Under the pieces are notes generated by a model that made no database searches, was not told the origin of the DNA, and was given only the letters and a program-made list of their open reading frames with translations. The position numbers were made by a program, and so were the translations under genes. Shown here in pieces: positions 25,601 to 38,300 of a stretch of DNA of 64,000 nucleotides. Origin of the DNA: Vicugna vicugna (lineage: Eukaryota); contig MU057719.1 in assembly GCA_013265495.1 (NCBI GenBank), positions 684,001-748,000 of the forward strand, in the 5' to 3' direction. Within the stretch, counting starts at the first letter, position 1; each line of letters begins with the position of its first letter.

Positions 25601-25790
25601 ACACGCGGTGCTCTCTCTGCCGGGGTCCCCGGTGCTTCTGAGCCCCCTGAGGAGGTCTTTTCCTTTGATCCACTGATTAGGAGCACGTTGTCCACTTTCA
25701 CTTACTTGCGAATGTTCCCATTTTCCTTCTGCCGTTGATTCCTAATTTCATTTCACTGTGGTTGAAGAACGTGTTTTGTGTGACTTTTTA
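22635..25790 (-). mobile_element. Old L1 (L1M-type) 3' UTR plus ORF2 fragment
   Basis: Antisense ORF2 remnants: ORF 23676..24035 'HIDQWTRTESPEINPHVYGQ' and 23941..24195 'KPILHFIWKCKGPR'. Confidence 0.88.
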
Positions 25791-25946
25791 AAAATTCTTT
25801 CTTCAGTAGTTTTTTTGGGGAGGGGGCGGGGAGGTGATTAGGTTTATTTTTATTCTATTGTATTTTTTTACAGAGGTACAGGGGATAGAAGCCAGGACCT
25901 CATGCACACTAAGCATGCATCTACCTCTGAGCCATGCCCTCCCCCC
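25790..25946 (-). mobile_element. tRNA-derived SINE (vic-1-like)
   Basis: Reverse complement ggggggagggcatggctcagaggtagatgcatgcttagtgtgcatgaggtcctggc...; same family as 3373 and 62070. Confidence 0.85.
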
Positions 25947-26153
25947 ATGTTGTGTATGATTGTGACCCTCTTGAATGGCTCATCTTGCTTTACGGCTTCT
26001 GGTCCACCCTGGAGAGCGGCCCCTGTGCTTGAGGAGAGCGGTTACGGTGCAGTAGAGCTGGAGGGGAGGTGTGCAGCCAACAGCCCGTGCCCCAGGGTCC
26101 TGGGGGCAGCAGGTCCCAGAGCCCCACAGCACCCCACTTCTGGAACTTTCCAG

Positions 26154-26292
26154 ATCAAGAAGGAGTGCCTGGCCTGCAGAGGGGCGGCCGCCGTGTTCGA
26201 CATGTCCTACTTCGGGAAGTTCTACCTGGTGGGCCCAGACGCGAGGAAGGCCGCCGACTGGCTCTTCTCGGCCGATGTCAGCCGGCCCCCAG
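26154..26292 (+). CDS. SARDH: SARDH exon 14, 139 nt: [46 protein letters not shown](G)
   Basis: ttccag|ATC ... CCAG|gtacgg; FDMS motif of the GcvT fold. Confidence 0.97.
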
Positions 26293-26429
26293 GTACGGAG
26301 CCGGGAGGTGCACTCGGATGAGGCCTCTTGAGGCCGCCCCACGAGGGCATCCTGCCAGGGGTTACCCTGTGCTGCAGGGCCACCCTGCTCAGCCGCTCCC
26401 TTCCTCTGGGGTCTTCCTCCTGCCCCCAG

Positions 26430-26543
26430 GCACGACAGTGTACACCTGCATGCTGAACCACCGGGGCGGCACCGAGAGCGACCTGACTGTCAGCCGCCTG
26501 GCTCCCGGCCCCCAGGCCTCCCCGCTGGCCCCTGCCTTTGAAG
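26430..26543 (+). CDS. SARDH: SARDH exon 15, 114 nt: (G)[37 protein letters not shown](G)
   Basis: cccag|GC ... GAAG|gtaaga; follows a 137-nt intron. Confidence 0.97.
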
Positions 26544-29500
26544 GTAAGAGACGCCCCGTGCATGGGCCCAGCAGCGCCGTGACTGCAGCCCCGCTCGGCG
26601 AGGTGGGATGGACAGGGAGGGGCCGCTCTGTGACCGCCCGTGTGCCTGCTGCTCTCAGGGCCTGGGAGATCGGTGGTTTCTCTTCAGGCTGAGTGCAGCC
26701 TTTGTTCAGGCCGCGCTGCTGGGCTCCGGGGGCCCTGGGATTACGCTTTTGAACCTGCCTGTACCGTGGTGTTTGGAGCTGCCACAGCGCGAGCGTGCTC
26801 AGCTCCCCTGCCAGGAGCAGCGTGGGCCAAGGATAAGGCCGTGCCTCCCACTCAGAGAGCTTAGCTTGTTTCTGCTGCTGACACTTGTGCTGGACGGGCT
26901 TTGCCGGGTCCCGTGTAACTCCCGGTCTCAGGCTGGGGCAGGTCCCGAGGAGACATCCAGCTCTGTGCCCAAGCTGACACCCAGACCGCCCTTTGCTTCT
27001 ACTTGCTCACCCCCTGTGATGGGGAGCTCAGTGCCATATCCCTCGTTTGCACAGGGCTGGGTTTGACTCCCATCACTTCGCCTCCGGAACCTACCCCTTG
27101 GTTCACGTGGGGGCAACCTGGTCTCTAGTGCTGTCACCTGGCTCCATTAGGGAAGAAGAGAGGTGAGGAGATTCACAGAGAGCCTCCAGGAGGGGGCCCT
27201 GGGCACCCCTGCCGACCGTGCGGCTCTCCATGTGGCTGAGCTGCGCCATCGGGGGAAGGGCCATAGCCGGCCCACCCGGGAACCCCAGTGACCCCAGCTC
27301 CAGGCCTGGCTCAGCACTGCTGGCCGTTTAGCTGTGTCCTTGGTGGGACGAAGTCAGGGTCCCCTGGGCCTCGGGGGGCAAGGTCTGGCCTGGGCCCCGG
27401 GAGAGGAAGGTGCGGAAGAAGCAACAGAGCCCCGGGTGGGAGTGCGAGGCGATGGACAAGAGCACGGGTTACGGGAGGCCGTGGGGAGCGGGTGAGCCAG
27501 GATGAGGAGGGCTTCCTGGGGGGAGGTGATGTCCGGCCTGAGCCCCAAAGGGCTGGGCAGGAGTCGCTGGCTAGAAAGGACAAGGGCAGTGCCTGTGGAG
27601 AGCTGGGCAGGGAGGTCAGCAGGGATTGTTCGCAGAAGGGCCAGTGGGAGCTTTGTTTGGTCTTCACCCCCCAGGGGAGGGGAGGCCCAGGCCCAGCCAC
27701 GGCTGCCGTCCTTAGAGAGTGCGTCCGGCTGGGGAGACAGAACAGAGGGACCCCCGTGAGGGTGCGAGCCCCCAGAGTCCTGCTCTGCTGCTGCCTGACT
27801 CCGTGGCCCCTCTCTGAGCCTCAGTTTACCCAAGTGGACGCAAACGGTCCTTCTCTCTCTGAGCCGCTACAGGGGATTGAGCCAGAGCCTGGAGGCCCAG
27901 GAGGGCTGGGGAGCAGCCTCCCTGAGCCCCAGTTTCCCCACCTGCAAAACTAGTCCCCACACAAAGGGAAGTTGTCACCAGAGCATCTGTGGGCTGAGCC
28001 GCCGCCCAAGGATGCGCCACCATGTGCCCTCCCCGGTGACTCCAGTGGATTCCTGGCCCCGAGAGTTTGAGGATCACATCCTGCCAGGCTGGGGAAGATC
28101 AGGCTCCGAGATGAGGGGCAGGCAAAGCGAACGGGCCAGGAGCTGTTCTAGACTCCGGCGCCTCTGATGCAGTTGCCTGGCGGGCGGCTGGCACGTGGTG
28201 GGGCCCTGGCCTGCCAGGGCCGAGGTGGGTGATGAGGAGAGCCTGGTGCTCTTGGGGTGTGTTGGAGGTCCCGCGTTCACCACTAAACACGGGAAAACCA
28301 AGGTGTGGACCTCGTTTTATGTTCAGCCTCAAAAAAAAATGGTACCAGTCCTGCTGTGAAGCCACGTGTCCACTAACTATGCGTGCTTATAAGATTGTTC
28401 ATTATGCCTGTTAGATCCGATCACCAGTAAGTGGAGAGGATGTGGCGTTTCACATCAAGCTTGTAAATAACGCAGTTGTCCGTCCTAAGCATGATTTTGA
28501 GTAGGATTTTGTATCACAAAAGGAGTACATGCACAAAACAAAGTCCACAGCACACAGCTCCCAGCCTGTGCCCGGAGCCTGGGGTCTCTGCCCCCTGACT
28601 GCCTCTCCACCTTGTGGGCTGCACCTGGACCCGGCTGACTGCTGACCTCAGGACCTGGCACTTGGGGTGTTCTGGATAAAGGACAGCTGCCCAGAGGAGG
28701 CCAGGTCCACCAGCTGCCATCTGTCTGGAGCCGGGCGGCCTCAGTAACTCTCACGTCCTCCTGGGAGGGGCCTGGGATGGCTGCAGGCCGGAGGGGCTAC
28801 CTGGGAGCCATGGCGTGTGCTGGGGGGGCGGGGGCGGGCGCTGGGGCAGAGGATGCGGCTGGAGGCTCGCTTAGTAGGTGTCCAGAAGCCAACGTCCTGT
28901 AAGAGCCCCCAGCCCAGGGAGTAGGGGATCCTTTTGAGACCAGCTCAATTTTCTGGCCTCTGAGCTGGGTCTGGATGGACAGGCAGGCTTGAGGGAACAG
29001 AGGAGCACATGGAACACGGGGTGACGAGGTCAGGAATGTCCCCGGGTTGCCTGAACCGGGCAGGAGGACGACTGGAGCTCCTACTGGGATCTCACCTGGA
29101 TGCTGACAGCAAAGCCGAGCTCTTCTGTGCCTCCCCAGCTGATGCTGTGGGACCCTGGGTTGCAGAAGGCAAAGGGTTCCCTGCTCCAGGCTTCCTGGTG
29201 GGGTGGCCTGGCCCATCCTGGCTCCAGGACCTCCCATCGGAGCCCACCCAGTGAGCGCTCTTGGGGAGAGAGCAGAGGCCCTGTGCGCTCGGCCTGTGCC
29301 CCCCATCCCCGGCTCTGCTACCGGCTGCCCCCTCCCCTGCTGGAGAAGGAAAGAGAGGCATGTCTATTTTGGTTATACCTACTGTCACAGTGATGGCTGC
29401 TTCGCCACTGTGGGAGCCTTGAGGGGAGGTGCCGGTGTGGGGAAGGCCCAGGCAGGCGTCTCTGCACTCCGGAGCCTCCCCGGGCTGCCGCCCACTGGCT

Positions 29501-30774
29501 CTGCCCAGAGTGGGCTGAGGGCTGGCACCGGGCCTGCCCACGGGGAGCCCAGAGCGAATGGCGCTGAAGGCTGAGAGAAGCGGTCCTCCAGCAGGACCGG
29601 ACCCCTGGGAGGGGGCGGGCATCCCAGTGCGCAAGCATCCGGCCGCCGGCTCCCGAGCCCCAGGCGGCACGCCTGTGCCAAGGCAGCTCCTTGGGTCCCC
29701 CCAGCAGCCCCGCGAGGGGGTCTGTTCTCATTCCCATTATGCAGATGAGGAAGCCAGGACCAGGGGGTCAGGCTTGCCTGGGTACCATCACTCCGGGATG
29801 GGGAGCCCTGATGGAGCAAGGCAGGCAGGGAGGAAAGAGGAAGCCAGGTGGGGGGTAGGAAGTGGAGAGGGAGGGAGTCCCTCCGGGGCTGCCTCGGCCA
29901 CCAGATCGTGGGGAGTGACCAGTGAGAGCCCGCCCAGGGCACACATAGTGGCTGATGCCACAGCGTTTCTACAGATGAGGTACACTAACGAACCCCCAGC
30001 TGCACATGAGATTGTGGAGGCTCAGAGAAGCTTCAGGACAGGTCCAGGGCCACGCAGCTCTCTGAGGTCACAGCTCCCGGGGCAGCGGCTCTCCCAGGGT
30101 GCTGAGTGGGCTGCCCTCTGCTCAGCAGGACCCCGGGGCAGCGTGGCCCAGTGGGTGCTCCGTAGGCCATGGACTCAGAGCTGGACAGGGGCCAACCTTC
30201 TTCCACCACGTGACTTCTCTGAACCTCAGTCTCCTTTTCTAAAACCTGAGGGTGGTGCTGAGTGTCAGCCTCCCGGGCAGGATCAACGGGGTATTGCCTG
30301 TAAAGCCCCGGACCAGCGTTGGCCCCCGTATGGGCCAAGGTGGGGGGCCCAGAGACCAGGGCCATGGGGCTATGGAGTGATATGGGAGCTGGTGAGGACG
30401 CTGAGGTTCAGAGTGGAGAAGAGACTTGTCCAAGGTCCCCCAGCACTGGTGGCTGAGGCGCGTCGCAGAATCTCCCCGTGGCACGCCGGCGTTGGGAGCT
30501 CTCGCCCTTTCCGATCACAGACCCTTTGAGAAGCAGGAGGAAGCCTCAGACTCTCCCAGAAAAATGCTCCCTTGGCCTGTGCGGCCCTCAGGGGAGCTCA
30601 TCCTGTGGGCCGTGAGAATCCAGGGCCCCTCGGGAGGGTCACCGTGTTTGGGCCTTTGTGGTTCACCTTCAAGGAAAGAGCGTTTGTTTTCTCCACCCGG
30701 AGGCCTCGGGCCACCCCTCTGCCCCGCCTCCCCCGTCCTGCAGTGCTGCGCTAAGTCGGGTGCTTCTCTTCCAG

Positions 30775-30922
30775 GGGACGGCTACTACCTGGCCGTGGGC
30801 GGGGCTGTGGCCCAGCACAACTGGTCCCACATCACCACGGTGCTGCAGGACCGGGAGTTCCGGTGCCAGCTTATTGACAGCTCCGAGGACCTGGGCCTGA
30901 TCAGCGTCCAGGGCCCAGCCAG
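30775..30922 (+). CDS. SARDH: SARDH exon 16, 148 nt: (G)[48 protein letters not shown](S)
   Basis: ttccag|GG ... CCAG|gtgagg; QGP motif. Confidence 0.97.
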
Positions 30923-31344
30923 GTGAGGAGAGAGGAGCCAGCACCTCGGTGCCCCTGGGCCCTGGGCCCTAGGCCCTTGTCCCTCTACCTGGGACCCGGG
31001 GCAGAACCACTTACTGGCCCCGAATGGAGCGTTGTTGTCAGCTAAGTGCGCTCGTGACCCCAGAGAGGCCGCTCCGGGTAGTGCTTTTCAGAGCACTAGG
31101 GTGCAGAAAGCCATCAGCACGAGGAGCCTAAACCTCACTGAGAATCAGCGTCCAAGGATTCGGGGCCACGAAAGGGCCAGCAGGTGTGTCTCCGGATGGT
31201 TGATACAGTTGAGGAAGCGCGTCTGCCATCTCCAAGTGGGCAGAGCCCACGGGGGCTCCACCTGCTACCTGGGCTGGAAACGATGCTCTACCCTGAGAGG
31301 TCACCTCTCCTCCCTCAGTACCTCCGACGACTAGGTCTACAGAT

Positions 31345-31760
31345 GATCATTCACTCACTAATTCATTCTGCAAGTATTTACTGAGCTGTGGTCCCAAGCA
31401 CGGGGACTCAGGCCCCAGAAGGGCCCTGCTGGGCCCTGGGCTGGAGCTGGAGCTGGCTTTGCATGTGCAGCTCTTTGCCCAGAGGCACGTGGCAGGCACG
31501 CAGTACATGCTTGCTGAAAGGATGAATGGAATCATGGTTGGACTTCAGGTTTCTCATGAAAACCAGTATCTACTAAGGGGACTTTGGAGGAAATGAGGGA
31601 CCAAGCCTTGGAGCTCTCTGAAGGGACAGTGTTTCAGGCAGCGGAAACAGCACATGCAAAGGCCCTGTGGCAGGAGGTGAAGCAGTGAGGCCGGGGCTGT
31701 AGGAGAGGTGCTCAGAGGGCAGCAGAGGCGAGAGCCTGTGGGTCCAGAGGCTGCTCCCCC
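31345..31760. mobile_element. L2 3'-end fragments in both orientations
   Basis: cattcactcactaattcattctgcaagtatttactgagc; gcacgtggcaggcacgcagtacatgcttgctgaaaggatgaatgg; ggaaacagcacatgcaaaggccctg. Confidence 0.65.
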
Positions 31761-32664
31761 CGGCAAGGAGACTGAGCAGAGGAGGGCATCACTGGGCTTG
31801 GGCCTGAACGGGTCTTGACGCTGCGCCGGGGGTAGGAGGCCGGCAGGTGTGTGACGAAACTCAGGGGCCTCTGAATCCCTGAGGATTCAGAGGAGGGCAT
31901 GATGAGCTGTGTCTGGGTGGTCAGTGGGTCCAGTGGGATGAAGACTGAGAACTGACCACCGGGTCTGGCAGCTCGGTGGCTCCTGTGGACTTGATGAGAG
32001 CTGGCTGGGTGGGAACGTGCTGAGGAAGGACGGGAGGAGAGGAACGGGACGTGTGGGGAGGGGCAGAGGTCTCTGGCTGCAGATGGAGGGAGGGCAGTGA
32101 AGTGATGCAGGGACTGCACTCGCCCTGGCCCGGCCCGGAGGACGCTCCCGGTCCTGTGGGGGTGGGTTCGTTTCCCCCCGGGTGAATTCATCACTGGGCT
32201 GATGGGGTGGCGGTCCAGGCTTCTCCGATCAAGGCCCAGCCTCGGAAGCCTCAGCTTCATTGCCATGGCGACCTTGGGAAGGGAGTGGGCTATTTTTGGT
32301 TTGGGGGAGGCAGGTGAGCAAGGGAGAGAGGGGGCGCCAGACAGACAGATCAAGGTGTGGGCCCCAGGGGGACAGGCCAGGCTCTCCCAGCCTCATTATA
32401 AGCTGCCCTGGGAGGGCGGCGAGTGATGGCTGTCAGGGCAGGGAGACAAGCGCTCCTCTTCCCGGTAATTCCTTAACTTTCTCCTCCAAATTGTCCTCTC
32501 CTTTCAAAAATAACCCAAAGTTTCTTGTACGAATAATAATGTTACCAGCACCGCTGATGAGGGCTCGGCTTTCTGAGTTGTCATGTGGGAAGCGTTTCGC
32601 ACAGTGCCTGGGCCGTGGGACAGGCTATATGACCTGCTGTGCAATGAAACTTTCAGGAAACATT

Positions 32665-32790
32665 CCATAACGCGTGGTCCAGCACGGTAGCCAAAGAGCC
32701 GTGTGTGGCCGTTGAGCCCTTGAAATGTGGCTGCTGAGACAGAATTTTTTATTTTAGTTTACCTGAGCTCAAGAGGCCGCCCGTGGCGGA
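32665..32790. mobile_element. MER3-like hAT-Charlie DNA transposon fragment
   Basis: gtccagcacggtagcc...gtgtggccgttgagcccttgaaatgtggct followed by a T-rich spacer. Confidence 0.7.
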
Positions 32791-34109
32791 AGTCAGGGGT
32801 CACTGTTACGAGTGTTAGCGCCGAGGTGTCTGGCATGTGCTTTCTAGCAGATTCCTCCTTTGCAAGGGCCCTGTGAGATGGGCTAACTGTCCTCATGGAG
32901 TAGGGGTGGGGACCGAGCCTCGGTGGGGGTCGGTGGTGAGTCGAGGAGCTGAAGCTGAACCTGGTCTCTGACCGGGAGCCTGTGCCCTCCAGCGCCACCT
33001 GCTGCCCCCTGGGGGAGGGACAGCCTCTGGCACCCCGACCCGAGCTCAGCAGACCTGCCGGAGCTGGGGTACCTGGCGCTGCTGAGGCCGCACTGGCCCT
33101 GGGCGGCAGCTCCAGCCTCCTTCCTACCCCCGCAGCAGGGAAGACAGGGGAGCAGCCCTGGCCCCAGCCACCCAGGGCCGCAGAGAGGACGTGCATCTTA
33201 AAAACTGGGCATGGGTTCTCTGGGGGCCAGCACCACGTGGGTGCCGAGGGTGTTGCATAAGGATCCTGGCACACTGCAGCGCCCTGGGCAGCTCGGCCGG
33301 CGTGGGTGGGCGGCTCCTGGCACCGTGGGGGCGGGGATTACAGTCAGAAGCATTTCTGGGCACTTGCTGGGACCCCTGCGAGGCAGAAATGGGGGGGAGG
33401 CTGCCTCCTGCCAACGGGGAGCCAGTCCTGCGGTACAAAGCCAGCCTGTTTTCAGTTGGTCCTGCTGACTGAGTGCCCTGCCTGTGACAGGCACGTCAGG
33501 ATAGGGGCCCTGCTGGCGGGGAGCTCCTGGGTCAGGGGGGACAAGTACAACCAGTGTGAGAGGGACCCTGGCGGGAGACGTATTAGGACTGCAGGGCCCA
33601 GACGAGGGGCACCTGACCCCGATTCAGGGAGTCAGCGAGGACTGCTTGTAGGAGGTGACAGCTGAGCCAAGACCTGTAGGATAACAAATGGTCACGCAGG
33701 GACATGGGAATCTGGCGGGAATGTGGAGGGTGCAAGAGTGAACTAAGGCCTGGAGGGAGACAAAGGGAGGCACCCGGGAAGTGAAGGTTTCCATGGACAC
33801 CGAGAGGTTTCGGGTAACCTGTCAAGCATGAGGACCAGGCTCTATGCCAGGCACGGTGGGGCCGGGGAGGGGAGGGGAGCAGCCCCTGCCCTCGGGGGCC
33901 TGTGGCTTGGAGGGTGTTAGACGGCTCGAGAGCTGCCCTAGGTCATCGAGAAAGGAGAGCCTGCGAGAGCTCACCTCTGAGTCTGGTCTCTGCCCAGGGC
34001 TCGACTGCTCCTGCCACTGTTCCCGCTGAAGGTGCTTTATCTGGCTGGATTTTTGGTGCATCTCCTTCTCGGTGTGCCTTTGGTAGTGTGTGTTGTTGGC
34101 CTCGCCCAT

Positions 34110-34217
34110 GAGGACAGGACTTGTCCTGCTCACAGCTGTATCCCCAGTGCCTCCCCTGCCCAGGGCACGCACCCAGGAGTGCTGGGCAAGTGTTTGTTGA
34201 CTGACTGACTGATTGAC
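34110..34217 (+). mobile_element. L2 3' end with (CTGA)n tail
   Basis: ttgtcctgctcacagctgtatccccagtgcct...gtgctgggcaagtgtttgttgactgactgactga. Confidence 0.7.
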
Positions 34218-34234
34218 TCTGTTCTTGCTCACAG

Positions 34235-34328
34235 CCGGGCCATTCTCCAAGAAGTGCTTGATGCAGATCTGAGCAATGAGGCCTTCCCTTTCTCTACCCA
34301 CAAGCTGGTGAGAGCCGCCGGGCACCTG
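34235..34328 (+). CDS. SARDH: SARDH exon 17, 94 nt: (S)[31 protein letters not shown]
   Basis: cacag|C ... CTG|gtaggt; phase 2/0. Confidence 0.96.
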
Positions 34329-35202
34329 GTAGGTCCCAGCGGGCCGCTGTGCCCTGGGCTGCGGGTGGCAGCAGTGGGTTGCAGGTGGCAGCAGTGTGCT
34401 GCCAGGGAACAAACCGGGGCTGGGACTTCAGAGCCTGTGCCCTCCCTGGGCCTTGGCTCCCTACTGTGAAGTGAGGACCAGATGGTCCGGCCTACTGGCT
34501 GTTGGGGTCTCAGAGGAGGAATAGGGGTCAAAGTCAGGCATCTCCTGTGCCCCATGGGTGCCTGGCACATGCTGGGGGGCTCCGTCCCAAGCTTCTGCCG
34601 GGGGAGGTGGCCTTGGCCGGGCCACCTGGACAGCTGCCCAGTGTCCTGTCTTCGGAGGCCTGGGGCACGCCCCCCCAGATCAGGGTATTTCCTGCGCCTC
34701 CGTGGAGATGACTAGGTGGGGCCAGCCGGCAATTAAGCGGCTCCAGCCGCCTGCGCGTCCCCTGAGGAGACAGCTGGTCTTTCTGGAGTGTTCCCCCCCC
34801 CCGCCCCCGTGCTGTGGGAGTGGGGAGGGGCTGCTGGGGTGTACCCCCGGGCGCCAGGAGCTCCCCCGCCCATCTCCCACTCCAGAAAGGCCAGGTCCCT
34901 GGGCCGGAAGCCTCTGAGACTGGACTGCGTCAGGGTCGAGCAGACCCCGCGTCCTCAGTGCCCCTGGGGCCAGGGTTCCGGGTCCAGCTCTGGGTCAGCA
35001 CAGCCTGTTCCTGGGCCTCGCTGTCCTTTTTGGAAAAGAAGGATCACGATCTCCACCTTGCCTTCCCGAGGCCGAGGTGAGGAGCAGACGGGGAAATAAC
35101 AGCCGCTGCCAGCGGGGACTCGCGAGGCGCCAGGCACGGTTCCGAGCACGAGACTCACGTGTCCCGTCCCGCTCGATCCTCGCGGCAGCGTGGATGTGGC
35201 CG

Positions 35203-35370
35203 TCCCAGGGCTCAGCAGCCTCAGCACAGCCGGCGCTTTGGAACGGATGTGTGTGTTGCGGCCGTCCTGGGCATCGCACGGTGTTGAGTACCATCCGCGG
35301 CCTGCCCCCACGCGATGCCGGGAGCCCCCCCGAGGTGACAGCCAGAAACCACAGGGGCAGAGCTGCCAGA
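35203..35370. mobile_element. MER20-like hAT DNA transposon fragment (GC-shifted)
   Basis: gtcctgggcatcgcacggtgttgagtaccatccgcggcctgcccccacgcgatgccgggagccccccc...gtgacagccagaaa resembles the recalled MER20 consensus. Confidence 0.65.
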
Positions 35371-38300
35371 GAGAGGTTCTGCGATTACCCTGGTCACAGG
35401 TGTGCGGTCTTGCTGGTGGCCACCACGGCCAGATGCACTGAGCGGGGCCCTACCTGAGCTCCTGATGTAGGAGCCCCCAGAATGATGCTACCCCGAATGG
35501 AGCTCAGAGAGGTTGGATGGACCTCCCAGGGGCCCCGCAGAGAATGAATCATAAAAAGCACATGAACACCTGCCAATAACAGACGCGGCCTTCAGGGGGA
35601 GGTGACTGGACAGACAGCCGGATTCAGGGGCACCTCCCCCCCTTACTTCCTTCTTGTTCATCTGGGGGGTTTTGGGGGGCAAGTGCTAAGGGCCGTCAGT
35701 GGGGAGCGCAACCCTGGCCTGCAGAGCGGCTGGAGGTGGGAGGAGTCTGGGTCCTGCTAGCAAGTAAGCACTGTTTGGATGACATCAGGGAGGAGGCTGC
35801 CAGGAGGACCAGGTAAAAGCACCTCGGCAGCGCCGAGGAGCGCCGGCCGGCGGCTCCGCTCTGCCTCTGCTCTCCGGAGGCTGCGCTGGGCGGGCAGGAA
35901 GCTGGGGCTGTCTCTGTCTAGCTTGCTTCCTGCCTCCTTGGCGCAGAGCTGCCTGCCGAGACCAGAGAGGGTGTGCGTTTTGAGAGAATGGCACAGCTCC
36001 ACCCCAGGCCACGGAGGCACCCAGCCTGCCCTGTCGGCAGCTCGGGCCCTCTCGGCCCCCGTGGGCTCCGTGCAGCGTCCAGCCCTGTCTGGGGCTGGGT
36101 TCCGGCTTGTGAAGTGGGAGGGGAGCTGGGAGCTTGGCGAAGGCCCAGCCTGTGTGTGGTTCAGGAGTCTGTGTGGGAGAGGACCAGGTGGGACACACTT
36201 CCCCTCCCAGCCTAGGGCCGCTCCAACGAGGCACCTGGGACTTGTTCTTGGACAATGGGCTCCAGCTGCCTCCCCACCCCTGGGGCTGGCCCTTCCTGGC
36301 CCTGGCTGCCGCCCCAGGCCTGGCCCACGGCTGTCTGGCCGCACTTTGGCCTAAGGGGCCTGGGAGCCGGGCTGGGCCGGGCCTCCGGCTGCTGGAAGCA
36401 GAGGCCAGACTCCTGGATGAACCCCTGCCTGGGATGACAGGCACAAGGTTGCGGGGGGCCATGGGGTGCCTGGGCCGGAGGAAGGGGGTGCAGGACCCAT
36501 GCAGGCTGCTTCTCTTCACTGCCTTCCCCGGAACCGGCTTACGGCTTCTGTCAAAAGCACTTGACTGTGAGTGAAAGCTCAAGGCGGCTTCCAACCCCAG
36601 CACCCGCGCACGGGGCCTGGGTGCAGACCTCGCCTCTATCTCGACCCCTTGGACTGGACACGACCTCTCTGAGCCTTCCCCTCCTCGCCTCTAGCACGGC
36701 TTGGGCTGGGGGGTCGGCAAGCAGAGTCCACAGGTGCCGCATAAAGCTCGCCCCGCGCAGGGTCTGGCTGAAGAGTGGACGGGCACCAGCGCGGCCCTGT
36801 GAGCACTGGGAGTGTTCGTAAAATGAGAACGAGTAAATGCAAACCCTGGAGATTCCACCGGAGAGACAGCCATGGTTAACGGTGTATTTCCTCCCGGCCG
36901 CCTCCCCTAATCTCTGCCTAGGAAGTTTAAGCAGGAAGCAGGACCGTCTCGTGCGCACAGTTTGCACACGCGGCTTGGTTCTCTTACGACGTTGTAGTGG
37001 TGGTTTCTTGTTCTTCGAAATGTTGTCTGAGAACCACTTTGAGGGCCCGCGCCTCCCTCTCCCCAGTCTGTAAATAGGACATTTGATTGGGCCATTTCTT
37101 CTCCTCGGAGTCGCCCTCGGGTGGGGTTCCCGTGACGTGGGCCTTCCAGGACTCTGATTATTGACCTGGGACACGCTTCTCAGAGCCAGAACCCAGGGGC
37201 AGAGGTGTCCCAGGCACACGGCCCCAGCCTCCCGGCCGCGCGGCGGTCATCGGGTGTTTCCGGTCTCCTCCCCGTGCCCAGTGCTGGCCGAGCCCAGGGG
37301 GAGGATGGGGAGGGGGGAGCACAGAGCTTTCCAGGCCCCTCAGCTCATATTCAGCCAGGTTGGGTCCCCAGCCGAGCTCCAGTACTCCATCCGAAGCTGA
37401 CGGATCTGTTCCCAGTGCTGAGCCCCCAGCCCCCTGAGAAAGAATTCCAGACATGTTGGCTGAGGGGCCCACCAGGCTGGGGGCTCTGGGATGGAAGACG
37501 CAGGCCCTGCCCTCCACGGGCTCACAGCCTGGGTGCGGGGGCCGGGGGGAGGAGGCTGCGGCCACAGCCCAGCCTGCGTTGGGGCGAGGCCCTGGGTGGT
37601 GGGAGGCAGCCACTCCCAGGGAGCTGGCCTGCGCGTGAGGAGGGTCCCGGGAACACATTTGCAGGAGGAGGAACTGAGTCCTGCCTCGACCACACCTTCA
37701 GCTGAGGGCCTGCGGGCTGGGCTCTGGCTCCTTGATGTTACGGCTTTTGCTGACCTCACAGTGGCCCAGGCCGCAAGTTCCCAGATGGTCCAAGCCTGGG
37801 GCACAAAGGCTTCCCATCCACCAGCCAGCAGGAGAGGTGGGGGAGTCAGCTGCCGGCCAGACTGCTGCCCTGGGAGCTGGGGCTGACCGCTGCCCTGGCC
37901 TCCACCCAAGCTGGCCTCACAGGCAGGCGTGGAGGTGGGAGCCAGGTCAGCAAGGATCTGGGGGTTTTGGAGCAGAACCCCCAGTGCTCAACAGAGCTGG
38001 GGGCCAGCAACCCCCTTGTGGGGCCACCTCTCTGGGCCTCAGTTTCCTGATCTGTAGCACAAAGTCTAGACCGTATCCAGAGCCCCTCCTGGGCTGTCCT
38101 GTGGGTCTGTCCAGACATCCTGAGCTCTCTCTGGGCCCGGGCGAGCTTCAGACTCTCCTAAGTAACATGAACCTGTGCTGACACAACTCCACTAACGTGG
38201 GGAGACGCGGGGGCCAAGTCTTTGTGGGAGATGGTGGAGTGCCAGCCACCCAGACGTGGGACAGGAGCGTGTATGCCTGAGTCGGTGGCATGACCTCCCG

